Source of the DNA: Promethearchaeota archaeon
GTDB lineage: Archaea > Asgardarchaeota > Lokiarchaeia > Sigyniarchaeales > Promethearchaeaceae
Reading direction: 5' to 3'
DNA: 32,000 nt
Assembly: GCA_016933055.1 (NCBI GenBank)
Contig: JAFGBS010000004.1
Location: forward strand, 390,001 to 422,000
The stretch's first letter is position 1; the number at the start of each line of letters is the position of its first letter. Under the pieces are notes generated by a model. That model saw only the letters and a list, made by a program, of their open reading frames with translations. It was not told the DNA's origin and did not search any database. Position numbers and translations under genes: made by a program. Positions 18,514 through 27,464 of this stretch are shown here, piece by piece.

Positions 18514-19815
18514 TTAGGTCTTAATCAGCTTCTTTCCCTTCAAGAGGTAAGGCGTGAATTTAATCAAAGAAGGACATACATACGAACACAATCCACAATC
18601 GATACAAACCTCGACGTGCAATTTTTTCAACAAAGTTACGTTTTCTTTTTTGGTTGCTTCCATGATCAATTGCGGATAAATATCAACCGGACACACGATA
18701 TTGCAATAATTGCACCGAATACATGGAATCTCATCTGCGTAGGGTTTTGATCGGTCTTTAGAAAACCCGGTAATGGCGGTCGTCCCTTTTTCTATCGGAA
18801 TATTTAAACTTTCGAGAGATGGTCCCATAAAAATGGAACCCATAATGGTTTTTTCAAATATCGTGGGAGATATGTTCAAAAAGTTGAAGATATGTTCAAT
18901 TGGCGTACCGATTCGTACCCATAAGTTTTCTCCACCTGTTTGTTCGGAATAAAAGGTAATTCCGCGTGATACTAACGGCAGTCCTTCATAAACCGCTTCA
19001 TAAACCGCGTAAACTGTTGCAATATTGTGCACTACTATACCAATCTCTGGAGGATAATGCCCTTGCGGAACTTCGTAACCCAATATCTCCTTGATGAGTA
19101 ATTTTTCGCTTCCAATAGAATAGTTGGGACGCATCCGAACTACTCGAATGCCATGTTCTTGCAATATTGCATCTAAATGAGGGGTCATTCCCTCTTTAGT
19201 CCGGGTAGCAACTATTATATCATGCACGTTTAAGATTTTGGCCATTACTTGGATACCCTTAAGTACTTCATCAGGTTTTTCCACCATTAATCGATAATCA
19301 GATGAGGTGTTAGGATCGCTTTCTTTGGCATTAATTATCAGATTAGTAATACGGTTAGGGGTTCCTAACTTAAGATGAGTGGGGTAGGTTGCCCCTCCTA
19401 ACCCTACGATGCCTGCTTTTTTCACACGATTAAGGAGATCTTCCTTGGATGCAGTCTCGGGATTCAATTTTTCGAATACTTGATTGGTTTTTGCATCTTC
19501 GGTTTGGATTTTTATGATTTGCTCTACCTTATTTGAAAACGGATTCTTTTGGGTGGTGATATCTATAACTTTCCCGTTTACGGGACTATGAACGGCTGCA
19601 TAAACTTTTTGATTTTCTTCTAAATCTCCGAGTATTTGACCAAATTTAACTGAATCGCCTATTTGAACTTGAGGTTGTGTTGGAACCCCCAAATGTTGTT
19701 TTAAATACACACTCATAATTTCTGCGGGGGGAACGATCTTGACGGGTTTTTCTGCAACGCTTTCTTTTATCCCCAGTGTAATCTCAAATCTTCCTTTTTC
19801 TTTGAAACTTTTCAT
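18514..19815 (-). CDS. rnfC: RnfC/RsxC-like electron transport subunit (divergent)
   Basis: LKQHLGVPTQPQVQIGDSV, VHSPVNGKV, AGIVGLGGATYPTHLK, two ferredoxin motifs CIRCNYCNIVCP and CIDCGLCSYVCPS. NAKESDP replaces the usual NGAECEP. Confidence 0.9.
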   Translation of the reverse strand: MKSFKEKGRFEITLGIKESVAEKPVKIVPPAEIMSVYLKQHLGVPTQPQVQIGDSVKFGQILGDLEENQKVYAAVHSPVNGKVIDITTQKNPFSNKVEQIIKIQTEDAKTNQVFEKLNPETASKEDLLNRVKKAGIVGLGGATYPTHLKLGTPNRITNLIINAKESDPNTSSDYRLMVEKPDEVLKGIQVMAKILNVHDIIVATRTKEGMTPHLDAILQEHGIRVVRMRPNYSIGSEKLLIKEILGYEVPQGHYPPEIGIVVHNIATVYAVYEAVYEGLPLVSRGITFYSEQTGGENLWVRIGTPIEHIFNFLNISPTIFEKTIMGSIFMGPSLESLNIPIEKGTTAITGFSKDRSKPYADEIPCIRCNYCNIVCPVDIYPQLIMEATKKENVTLLKKLHVEVCIDCGLCSYVCPSLIKFTPYLLKGKKLIKT

Positions 19816-20861
19816 CTTAGGCTCCTCCTTTGTTTCTTCGATTTGAACCCGTACGGTTTCCGAAATCCGATTTTGTCCAAGAAAGGTGTCGCTAAATTTA
19901 ATAATACGAGTGCGAAAATGGATCCTCCCAGCACATTCAAAAGTTGCAAGAAAAACGTGATCACTGCTAGGGCAACTCCAAAAATTATTTGAGATATTTC
20001 CGGGAGGGGCGTCGATTGAGGTTCTGTCGCCATAAAGAATACCATGAAGATAAAACTCCCCGTGAATACGTGAAAACTAATCCGTAACAGTATATCATCT
20101 CTTACAATTAACCCAAACACTACGGCTAAGCCGATCATGGTCAATAGTGCACTACCCACTATACGCCATTTATATCGTAACCACACAACAGCGATGGATC
20201 CTACAATTAATACTAAAATCCCGCAGGCACCTCCGATCCATCCATGAGTTTGCCAAAATAAAAGGCTGGCGGTAGCGGATAAGTCCCGACCAAAAATTGT
20301 TACTCGTTGAAAGATCCACATAGATGCTTCGAATCCTTCAGCGGTCCAAAGATTAAGATCTAAGTGATGCGGGTGAAATAGCTGTCCAATTGAAAGAGAT
20401 TCCTCCCAAAATAGCATGATTGACAATAACCCTAACAGTACTGTTTTCGCTCCCGCGGCAGGATTAATGTATTTTCGGATAAACAACCAGTTTTGTCCAA
20501 ATTTGAAAACAAGAACTGTGACCAAAGCTACTGCGGCGGTGATATAAAAGGGACCGGCAATAGGCATTGCTAACCCTACAATCATTCCTGCAACCAGTGT
20601 TGACGTGTAAGAATCATACGATACGGGTTTTTTTTTCCATTTTTGAAAGGATATTATTAAGGTGTGAATGACGAAAACCGTACCTAAGGCTGTAAGAATA
20701 TGAATTAACGCATTTATCCCCATGATTATACTGGAGCCGATCGCTATGATACTCAGCATGAGAAAGGTTTTTAGCATTAGTTCATCCTTGGAAAATCCCA
20801 TGTGAATATGGGGAGGTCGAATTCCTTCAAATTGCATGGGTGATCTCTCTTCTACGGTCAT
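19812..20861 (-). CDS. rnfD: RnfD/NqrB-family membrane subunit (divergent)
   Basis: PPHIH N-terminus, YINPAA, GWIGG, VFFMATEPQSTP, ALVLLNLATPFLDK, about 9-10 TM. ATGA overlap with rnfC. Confidence 0.88.
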   Translation of the reverse strand: MTVEERSPMQFEGIRPPHIHMGFSKDELMLKTFLMLSIIAIGSSIIMGINALIHILTALGTVFVIHTLIISFQKWKKKPVSYDSYTSTLVAGMIVGLAMPIAGPFYITAAVALVTVLVFKFGQNWLFIRKYINPAAGAKTVLLGLLSIMLFWEESLSIGQLFHPHHLDLNLWTAEGFEASMWIFQRVTIFGRDLSATASLLFWQTHGWIGGACGILVLIVGSIAVVWLRYKWRIVGSALLTMIGLAVVFGLIVRDDILLRISFHVFTGSFIFMVFFMATEPQSTPLPEISQIIFGVALAVITFFLQLLNVLGGSIFALVLLNLATPFLDKIGFRKPYGFKSKKQRRSLR

Positions 20862-20881
20862 ATGTATTGTATTGAGGGCTG

Positions 20882-20901
20882 TATAATTAAATATAATTAA
20901 A
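20882..20901 (-). promoter_or_regulatory. tandem TATA-like boxes upstream of rnfD
   Basis: Perfect 10-bp tandem repeat, TTTAATTATA x2 on the minus strand, 21-40 nt upstream of the rnfD ATG at 20861. Confidence 0.5.
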
Positions 20902-21486
20902 TCCCCGTAGGTGATATTCTAATTATGACATTTTATAGATCCCCTACGGATGACGTTAAAAAAAGGGAACAATAAATCCATTTACGCTTAGATTGAATAG
21001 TTTGAACTGATTGAATGTTTTGAGTATATTGGAGTATACAGGTATCTCCGCTAGTATATACTATAATTTTGGAATAATCCCGGTTATTTCTCCCAATGTG
21101 AAAGGCTGAACCGAGATCCAGACTTTAATAGTAATCGGATCTCATTGGAAGATTAGATTGTTTGGAGGATCCGTTACTCCCTCCCTACAGATATCCGAGG
21201 AACAGGGAAAATATTCTCCCTTAATCACATTGGTTTTTAAAAGAATAGGTTCCTTGATTTCTGAGACAATATGATCAGTTTAAACGCTAAATTAATCGAA
21301 TCGCGGGAATTTCCCCCTTTCCTTTCCAATCCGATCGAACTGCTGTATAAAGAAATCTGGTTGAGTTTCTCCGGGAATTCCGTATTTTGCTAAGGTTTTA
21401 TTATTTTATATTGGGGCAATAATAACGAGATGATATTGGAATTTCGCATTCTTATGCAAAACAATATTTTCTTCTTGTTATGATAT

Positions 21487-22116
21487 ATGTATATGAAGCG
21501 TAAACAAAGGATCTGGTCAATTATCGGAATTTTCCTCCTATGCATCATTCTCGGATTTGGAGGATTTATTTTATACAAACTTGCCCCAGCTCACTGGAAT
21601 TCCGAACAAGTAGAATTTATTTTACCTATTGCAGAAGATGATCTTCAATATGTTTATCAAATTAATGGATGGGGTATCAAGCTAGGGGGAGGTTTTCATA
21701 ATGGTATCGATTTTGATGTTAATAAAAGTGTAGAAATCATAGCATGGTGCGATTTGCGCATAAATAGTATTCACATTTTTTATAATGATGTAAATGGTCG
21801 TTGGCAAACTAACGTACTCTGTTCATATAACTGGAAATACCGATTTGATGTCGCATTTGAGAATTGGGCATTTAACGAAACAGCAGCTCAACTACAAAAA
21901 AATGCACTTAATGTAAAACCGGGACAAATCATATCTCAAGGAGAATCATTTGGAACGTTATTAGCATTTATCAATGTAACTCATCTGCATTTTGGATTAG
22001 AAGAAAGTGGTGAAAGCGTCTGTCCATTCAATTATATGACAAGTTTAGCACAATCACAATTCACAACATTGTACTCTCTGTACGGTAATGAGGGTGAGGA
22101 TATATGTTCCGTATAA
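21487..22116 (+). CDS. membrane-anchored M23 family metallopeptidase
   Basis: N-terminal TM, HxxxD (HNGID), VKPGQIISQGE, HxH (HLHF), and VCPFNY C-terminal motif. Confidence 0.85.
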   Translation: MYMKRKQRIWSIIGIFLLCIILGFGGFILYKLAPAHWNSEQVEFILPIAEDDLQYVYQINGWGIKLGGGFHNGIDFDVNKSVEIIAWCDLRINSIHIFYNDVNGRWQTNVLCSYNWKYRFDVAFENWAFNETAAQLQKNALNVKPGQIISQGESFGTLLAFINVTHLHFGLEESGESVCPFNYMTSLAQSQFTTLYSLYGNEGEDICSV

Positions 22117-22335
22117 GAAATTGAACTGTAATTACGACCATATTATGTAGTGACTATTAAATTTAGAAATGATTTAGTAACAGTTATCGATGACTAGATG
22201 AAAAATTGATTCCATCCTACTTTTTTTTCCGCAACCTACATTCAGATCTTGAAACTAACATTACCACTTATTCGAATTTTATAATTACCTGCCTAAAATA
22301 TCTCTATTTATCATATTTCCTCACCTTATGGCATG

Positions 22336-22377
22336 CAATTAATATAGTGAGAGCTTTCAAGGTCGCATGAACTGGAT
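22336..22377. repeat. intergenic 42-nt near-copy of a segment of the BspA gene (22742-22783)
   Basis: 39/42 identity in direct orientation, aligned by eye. Confidence 0.8.
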
Positions 22378-22425
22378 TACATGAATTCAGTATTTTATTG
22401 TAGAAAAAAAAGATGGAAATAATAT

Positions 22426-24525
22426 CTAATGGTTCATTTTCAACTTCCTATATGCAATGTAGATACCTAAACCGATTATACATACAATAATTGGAATATT
22501 ATACCCAGGGACCCTATTCGGGGATGCAGGAGTTTTTATCTCGAAAAAGTCGCTGTAAGCATAGATTAACGGGTCTAACATGTTGATTATTTTAATTCGA
22601 TATTGAGTAGAATCACTCAAGCCCGATGGTACAAACCAGTAAAACTCGCCGTCATTCAAGGTGCTTGAAACAATTTCCATCACAAAAGCCTCTCCTATAT
22701 ATAATTCGAGTTTCACATTAGAAATATTTCCTGTAGAAGTCCAATTAATATAATGAGAGCTTTCAAGGTTCCATGAACTGGATGAGGATGGATTAAGTAT
22801 GTTCAAGGTCTTCGAAATTACCACATTAACTTCTATACATGGCGATAGTGTATTGCCATTGTTATTTGAGGCTTTCACTATGAAATAATACGCACTATCA
22901 GAGTATCCATTCAATGGCAAAGATAAATCGGTAGTATCTTCTAAAAGAAGAGTGAGACTCCCGTTTATTTCTGAAATATGCCCGGAATGTTGATATACTG
23001 TATAAGTATTTACCCATGTGGAACTCGTCCATGAAAGGGTAAAAGATCCGTCTGTATCAGGAGAATCGGCATTGCTTGTTAGATCGAAAGGGCCGGGTAC
23101 GGGTAGAGGACCACCATCCGTAATTATCCAGCTATATGTATCAATAATGTGCTGACGGGAAGTCTCTGCAACATTGCTATAAAAAGAATTTCCTCCATCG
23201 AATTCTACTCCGGAAATCAAAGTTAACTGAGACCACCCTATCAATAAGTTATCATAATTATTAGGAGAAAGAAATGCGCTCTTGAACATATAGTTCATAG
23301 ACGTGACGCTGGATACATCCCAATTCCCGATGGGTTGATTGAAGGATGATGCTGCATAGAACATCGCGGATGTACTTATTACACTAGACACATCCCAATT
23401 CCCAATGGGTTGATTGAAGGACGATGCACTAAAGAACATCCCATACATAGTCACGACGCTGGATACATTCCAATTCCCGATGGGTTGATTGAAGGATGAT
23501 GCAGCATAGAACATATAGTTCATAGACGTGACGCTGGATACATTCCAATTCCCGATGGGTTGATTGAAGGATGATGCACCATAGAACAAATAGCTCATAC
23601 TCATCACACTGGATACATCCCAATTCCCAATGGGTCGATTAAAGGAAGATGCACCTTCAAACATACGCAGCATACTCGTTACACTGGATACATTCCAATC
23701 TCCAATGGGTTGGTTGAAGGACGATGCATATTGAAACATATAGTTCATAGTTGTTACACTGGATACGTTCCAATTCCCGATGGGTTGGTTGAAAGACGAT
23801 GCATCATCGAACACCCCATACATATCCGTTACGCTGCATACATCCCAATTTCCGATGGGTTGATTGAAAGATGATGCACCACTAAACATCGATTGCATAC
23901 TTATTATACTGGACACATCCCATCCATTCATATCCCCACTACTACCGAGATCATAACAGTTTCTAAATGCCCACGATAAGCTAGTTGTACCAGTCAAATC
24001 TAGATTGTCACTTGCCGTTAAAACTAAATTGGAACAGCCGTAAAAATAACTACCTGAATTTCCTAATCGTAAACTGCCCCATTGTTGAATTTCAATGAGT
24101 TTTAATCGATCTCCTCCGTTAGCGAACCGCCAACCGATTATCATACCCGTAATATTTACAGTATATACTCCCGAGGATAAATAGGTGTGGGTTACTTCGG
24201 TTTGGTTCCATGATATGATTATATCGCTATCCCCATCGCCCCATTCTACCAAAAAATTGTAAATGCCACTCGATTGCAGAGGTAAGTGCACTTGGTTGCT
24301 GCTACTGGAACCCGTGCTGGTCTTGGTGGTATCCCACACCGATATAAAGTCATTCGGACCTCCGGTATCTGGTAAGGTAAAATCTACATGGTCTGAGTTT
24401 GGTTGATACGACGGCCTCCTTAGAATGGAGAATGCCGACACAGAGAGAATCAACGCTATACACCACACTATTCCAACAAGCATCCCAATTTTTTTATTTT
24501 CTTTGCCTTTTTTCATTTTTAACAT
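22426..24525 (-). CDS. BspA-type/DUF285 leucine-rich-repeat surface protein with PKD-like and Ig/FnIII-like domains and Loki-CTERM-like anchor
   Basis: N-terminal hydrophobic helix, VEWGDG...HTY (PKD-like), 25-aa W(D/N)[17 protein letters not shown] repeats, C-terminal VPGY + TM + RKLK. Confidence 0.92.
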   Translation of the reverse strand: MLKMKKGKENKKIGMLVGIVWCIALILSVSAFSILRRPSYQPNSDHVDFTLPDTGGPNDFISVWDTTKTSTGSSSSNQVHLPLQSSGIYNFLVEWGDGDSDIIISWNQTEVTHTYLSSGVYTVNITGMIIGWRFANGGDRLKLIEIQQWGSLRLGNSGSYFYGCSNLVLTASDNLDLTGTTSLSWAFRNCYDLGSSGDMNGWDVSSIISMQSMFSGASSFNQPIGNWDVCSVTDMYGVFDDASSFNQPIGNWNVSSVTTMNYMFQYASSFNQPIGDWNVSSVTSMLRMFEGASSFNRPIGNWDVSSVMSMSYLFYGASSFNQPIGNWNVSSVTSMNYMFYAASSFNQPIGNWNVSSVVTMYGMFFSASSFNQPIGNWDVSSVISTSAMFYAASSFNQPIGNWDVSSVTSMNYMFKSAFLSPNNYDNLLIGWSQLTLISGVEFDGGNSFYSNVAETSRQHIIDTYSWIITDGGPLPVPGPFDLTSNADSPDTDGSFTLSWTSSTWVNTYTVYQHSGHISEINGSLTLLLEDTTDLSLPLNGYSDSAYYFIVKASNNNGNTLSPCIEVNVVISKTLNILNPSSSSSWNLESSHYINWTSTGNISNVKLELYIGEAFVMEIVSSTLNDGEFYWFVPSGLSDSTQYRIKIINMLDPLIYAYSDFFEIKTPASPNRVPGYNIPIIVCIIGLGIYIAYRKLKMNH
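23275..23922 (-). repeat. 75-bp coding tandem repeat (8 full copies plus 1 partial) in the BspA gene
   Basis: Recurrent CCAATTCCC(G/A)ATGGGTTG(A/G)TTGAAGGA on the plus strand at 75-nt period. Confidence 0.95.
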
Positions 24526-24872
24526 CCATTTTTTCTATAATGCTGTAATCCACAGCCAATTTGTCTTAATTTTCTCGTATAACTTAATAAATCTTCATCC
24601 ATCCAAACGCTAGAAGAACAAAATGAAGGTTATTGATAAAGATGGGATGAAATTTCGACAAAAACATATCATTTTTTAAATTAGCGACCAACAATGGAAT
24701 GAAATCTGATTCATCTTAATAGTCTATTTTACGGGGTATGATCCATAATTTCCTCTGTTTTTTTTTAGGATTCTTATTTAATGGATTAAGGTTCCAAGTT
24801 TATTTCACCATATCATATTCTCACAATATTTTTATTTTCCAAGTTTTTCGAATGACTATATACCATGTAGAA

Positions 24873-25283
24873 TTATAAAGAATCACAACTAAAATCATTC
24901 TTATTTTCCGTTTCACCGCTTTCTTTGCAATAATCGCAAATGATTTCGATCAACCAATCAAAAACTGTGGGACCAAGACCATTTTGTGCCTTCTCTAAAT
25001 CCTCTTTAATGTGGGCAATATTATTGGGATCACATGTTTCCAAACGCTCAGATAATTGTCGGACAGTCTCCTCATAACCAAGTCGCTGTTGTGAGACCGC
25101 TATATTTTTCCAAATAATATGATACCCTTGCGCTGGTAGAATATCTGAATGGAATAGTTCGTCAAATGCATCCAAATTGCGTCCCCACCATGATGGAAGG
25201 GAGAATACTGTAGAAATATGGTCATAGAATTCTTCTAATGTACTAAATTTGCTACCATCGATGATGAAAATCGGGATACCCAT
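24873..25283 (-). CDS. barstar-family ribonuclease inhibitor (orphan immunity protein)
   Basis: FIIDGSKFSTLEEFYDHIS...WWGRNLDAFDELF barstar signature, and LGYEETVRQL...GPTVFDWLIEII. Confidence 0.9.
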   Translation of the reverse strand: MGIPIFIIDGSKFSTLEEFYDHISTVFSLPSWWGRNLDAFDELFHSDILPAQGYHIIWKNIAVSQQRLGYEETVRQLSERLETCDPNNIAHIKEDLEKAQNGLGPTVFDWLIEIICDYCKESGETENKNDFSCDSL

Positions 25284-25384
25284 ATCCTATTGGAAGGAAT
25301 TCCGAATTAATATTCTAAATTATTTTTATCCTTATGATGGTAGAAAAAAGAAACTAAACAGTTTGGAGTAGATGAATCCGATAT

Positions 25385-25695
25385 TCACACATTCTTTCTA
25401 GAAATCCATAATAATACTCCGATCATGCAAATGCTAGCCATTAAAACCAGAAGATAGAAAATCATGGAATGACGGAGCCTTCAGGGTTATCAACTATTAC
25501 ATGTTCGCAAATTGATAACGGAGAGGTATATCCCCCGTTATTTGCTATGATTACATAAGAATTGTCTTCATTGGATTGTCCACTATCTTCATTGTTAGAT
25601 ACCGTCACCTGGTAGGCCTCTACGATATGACCTACAATCCAATCGACGCATCCAATCCCCGCTATATTGGGATTTGGGGTGAATATGAACGCTAT
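25385..25695 (-). pseudogene. C-terminal relic of a Loki-CTERM-like surface protein
   Basis: Reads ...SYVIIANNGGYTSPLSICEHVIVDNPEGSVIP*FSIFWF, then a frameshift to MASICMIGVLLWISRKNV*. TGA at 25464-25462 sits where GGA would give IPGF. The preceding strand resembles [21 protein letters not shown] in the neighbouring BspA protein. Confidence 0.65.
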
Positions 25696-25707
25696 AAGTT
25701 AATTATT

Positions 25708-26127
25708 CTAATTATCTGCCTTTTTTCTAACGGTCGCACGAACAATTTTTTCCTTGATGACGTGCTTGAGAAGCATTTCGAGAATATCGGTCTCGGGAGA
25801 ACGTAGACTCTTCCCATAGGAATCCACATTGATCCAAAATTCTCCTGCATTCTGGGCATGCTTCTGAATGGAGAGGGTGGTTTTCGAGCCGTTAAAACTG
25901 TGCACGGTAGACCAGCGATCGGAAGTGCCCTCCAATACCTTGCGGAACAGGATAAGTTCTCCCAAATTGAGCTTGACGTATTTACCCTCTTTAAGGGTCG
26001 GTTTTTCCCATGCTCCGTCCTGTTTCTTTCGCAAGAAGGTGAGGTAGGCATACTCTTCATCCCACGTGCCGGAATCGAAGATCATGCCGACTTTCTGCCC
26101 GAAAAACGACCGTTGATGGCGCTGCAT
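25708..26127 (-). CDS. conserved hypothetical protein, copy 1
   Basis: The ORF track starts at GTG 26148; ATG 26127 (MQRHQRSFFGQK) follows a GGAGG Shine-Dalgarno. 123/139 aa identical to copy 2. Confidence 0.85.
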   Translation of the reverse strand: MQRHQRSFFGQKVGMIFDSGTWDEEYAYLTFLRKKQDGAWEKPTLKEGKYVKLNLGELILFRKVLEGTSDRWSTVHSFNGSKTTLSIQKHAQNAGEFWINVDSYGKSLRSPETDILEMLLKHVIKEKIVRATVRKKADN

Positions 26128-26367
26128 TAGTCCCGACTCTCCTCCCACTTGTCTATTTCGTTCCTCTTTGTTGGGATATTTAGGGGGTTCATGATATACT
26201 TTCTCTCTTTAGGCGGGTATTTAAAATGAGAGAGTATTATCGAAGAATCTATTTAAAGGCAAAAATTGTGAAGTGAACCCATTCTTCGCAACAACTCAAA
26301 AGGATTGCTTTAATTTCTTATTTATTAATTCTAAAGTTTCATTTGTGAGATGTCTAACTATATCAAC
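25708..26367. repeat. direct repeat copy 1 (660 bp; copy 2 at 29504-30170)
   Basis: Colinear alignment across the CDS, the leader, the TATA box and ~150 bp further upstream. Copy 2 carries a 7-nt tandem duplication (TCTTCGC, 30079-30092). Confidence 0.93.
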
Positions 26368-26431
26368 TTAATGTATTCCCATTCTCCACATTATCATTTT
26401 TTATAGTAACAAATGAATTCGACTCAGTTCA

Positions 26432-27133
26432 TCATTTTCTAAAATGTAACGCGTAAAATAGTACAGATAGAACATCCATTAAGTTATATATGCCGATTGG
26501 TTCAATCTGTTTGTCTTTACCCTTGGAATCACCTTTAAATTTAGCATAATATTCAGAATATTTCCCTTTCTCCGTTAACTCACGCAGTATAAAACCTGCT
26601 GTACTCATGAATTGCTCTAAACGCCTTACTGAATAAAAATCATCTTGAATATCTATAATAGTAGAGGGTATGTTGTAGGGAATATTGAAATCGCTTGAAA
26701 TTTTTTTTATGATCGGGATATCAAAAGACTGGTTAAAGACAATAACTACATCACAATCAGCTATGTATTGGGAGCTTAAGTTTAAGAGTTCAGGTGCTAG
26801 ATCTCTTTTTCGTAACATATTAAACGCTTGAAACACGGTTAATTTTTTATAATCCTGAGATTGGGGTCGTAAATCCAACACAGCTAATCCCATGATATTC
26901 ATGTATCCTTCTTTTGCTCTAGAAATGATGTCGGTAGTTTCAATATCTAAACATACAATTTTTTTATTGCAGAATTCATTTCCAAGTTTCAAATTTTCAG
27001 AAACGCACTCATGGATATAGCAAATCACCCGTAAGATTTCACTGGTCCATTCGGTATTCCAGGCTGATTTAGGAGGGTATTCATAATAGGACGAAACAGC
27101 GTTATGTTCAAATTTTAATGAAGAAGTTGACAA
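26432..27133 (-). CDS. RNase H-like DEDDy 3'-5' exonuclease (RNase_H_2/YprB-like), 5' part disrupted
   Basis: Exo I IVCLDIETT, Exo II VFNQSFDIPII, Exo III IYNLMDV. The frame stays open 31 codons upstream of the TTG with no start codon. Confidence 0.8.
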   Translation of the reverse strand: MSTSSLKFEHNAVSSYYEYPPKSAWNTEWTSEILRVICYIHECVSENLKLGNEFCNKKIVCLDIETTDIISRAKEGYMNIMGLAVLDLRPQSQDYKKLTVFQAFNMLRKRDLAPELLNLSSQYIADCDVVIVFNQSFDIPIIKKISSDFNIPYNIPSTIIDIQDDFYSVRRLEQFMSTAGFILRELTEKGKYSEYYAKFKGDSKGKDKQIEPIGIYNLMDVLSVLFYALHFRK

Positions 27134-27464
27134 ATCGCATACTATTGAACGAGTAATAAAATTATCCGGAAACCCATCTGGGATTGCCCAAGTAGGTTTG
27201 GGAATTTCTTTAGATTTCTTGAATTAATTTTTCTTTAATTAATTTTCTATGATCTATCTTCTCTTTTTTTCGTCTTTTATACTTCTTTCTTGAGTCGAAT
27301 CTAAAATTCGCGCTATTTTTAATGCTTGCTCTAAGGAAACTTGAGAGCGTTCTTCATCTCGCAATTTCAAAGACAATTCTGAAATCGCAATAGATACGTG
27401 ATAATTTTGAGTACGATTCCCTATCTTTAATGCTTGTACAGCAGTGGTTTGTGTTTCATCTCGT

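Noticed and set aside
20905-20949. 7-bp inverted repeat CCGTAGG/CCTACGG upstream of rnfD as an operator
   Set aside because: The arms are short with a 31-nt spacer. Plausible, but not distinguishable from chance without homologous promoters.
23275-23922. CRISPR array
   Set aside because: The 75-nt period is in-frame coding repeats inside an ORF, with no unique spacers and no cas genes.
16187-24525. Diversity-generating retroelement: RT + BspA target + 42-nt TR/VR-like pair (22336 vs 22742)
   Set aside because: The RT has retron motifs (NAxxH, VTG). The three mismatches in the pair are not at adenines of the non-coding copy on either strand, the match is too short, and no Avd-like gene is present.
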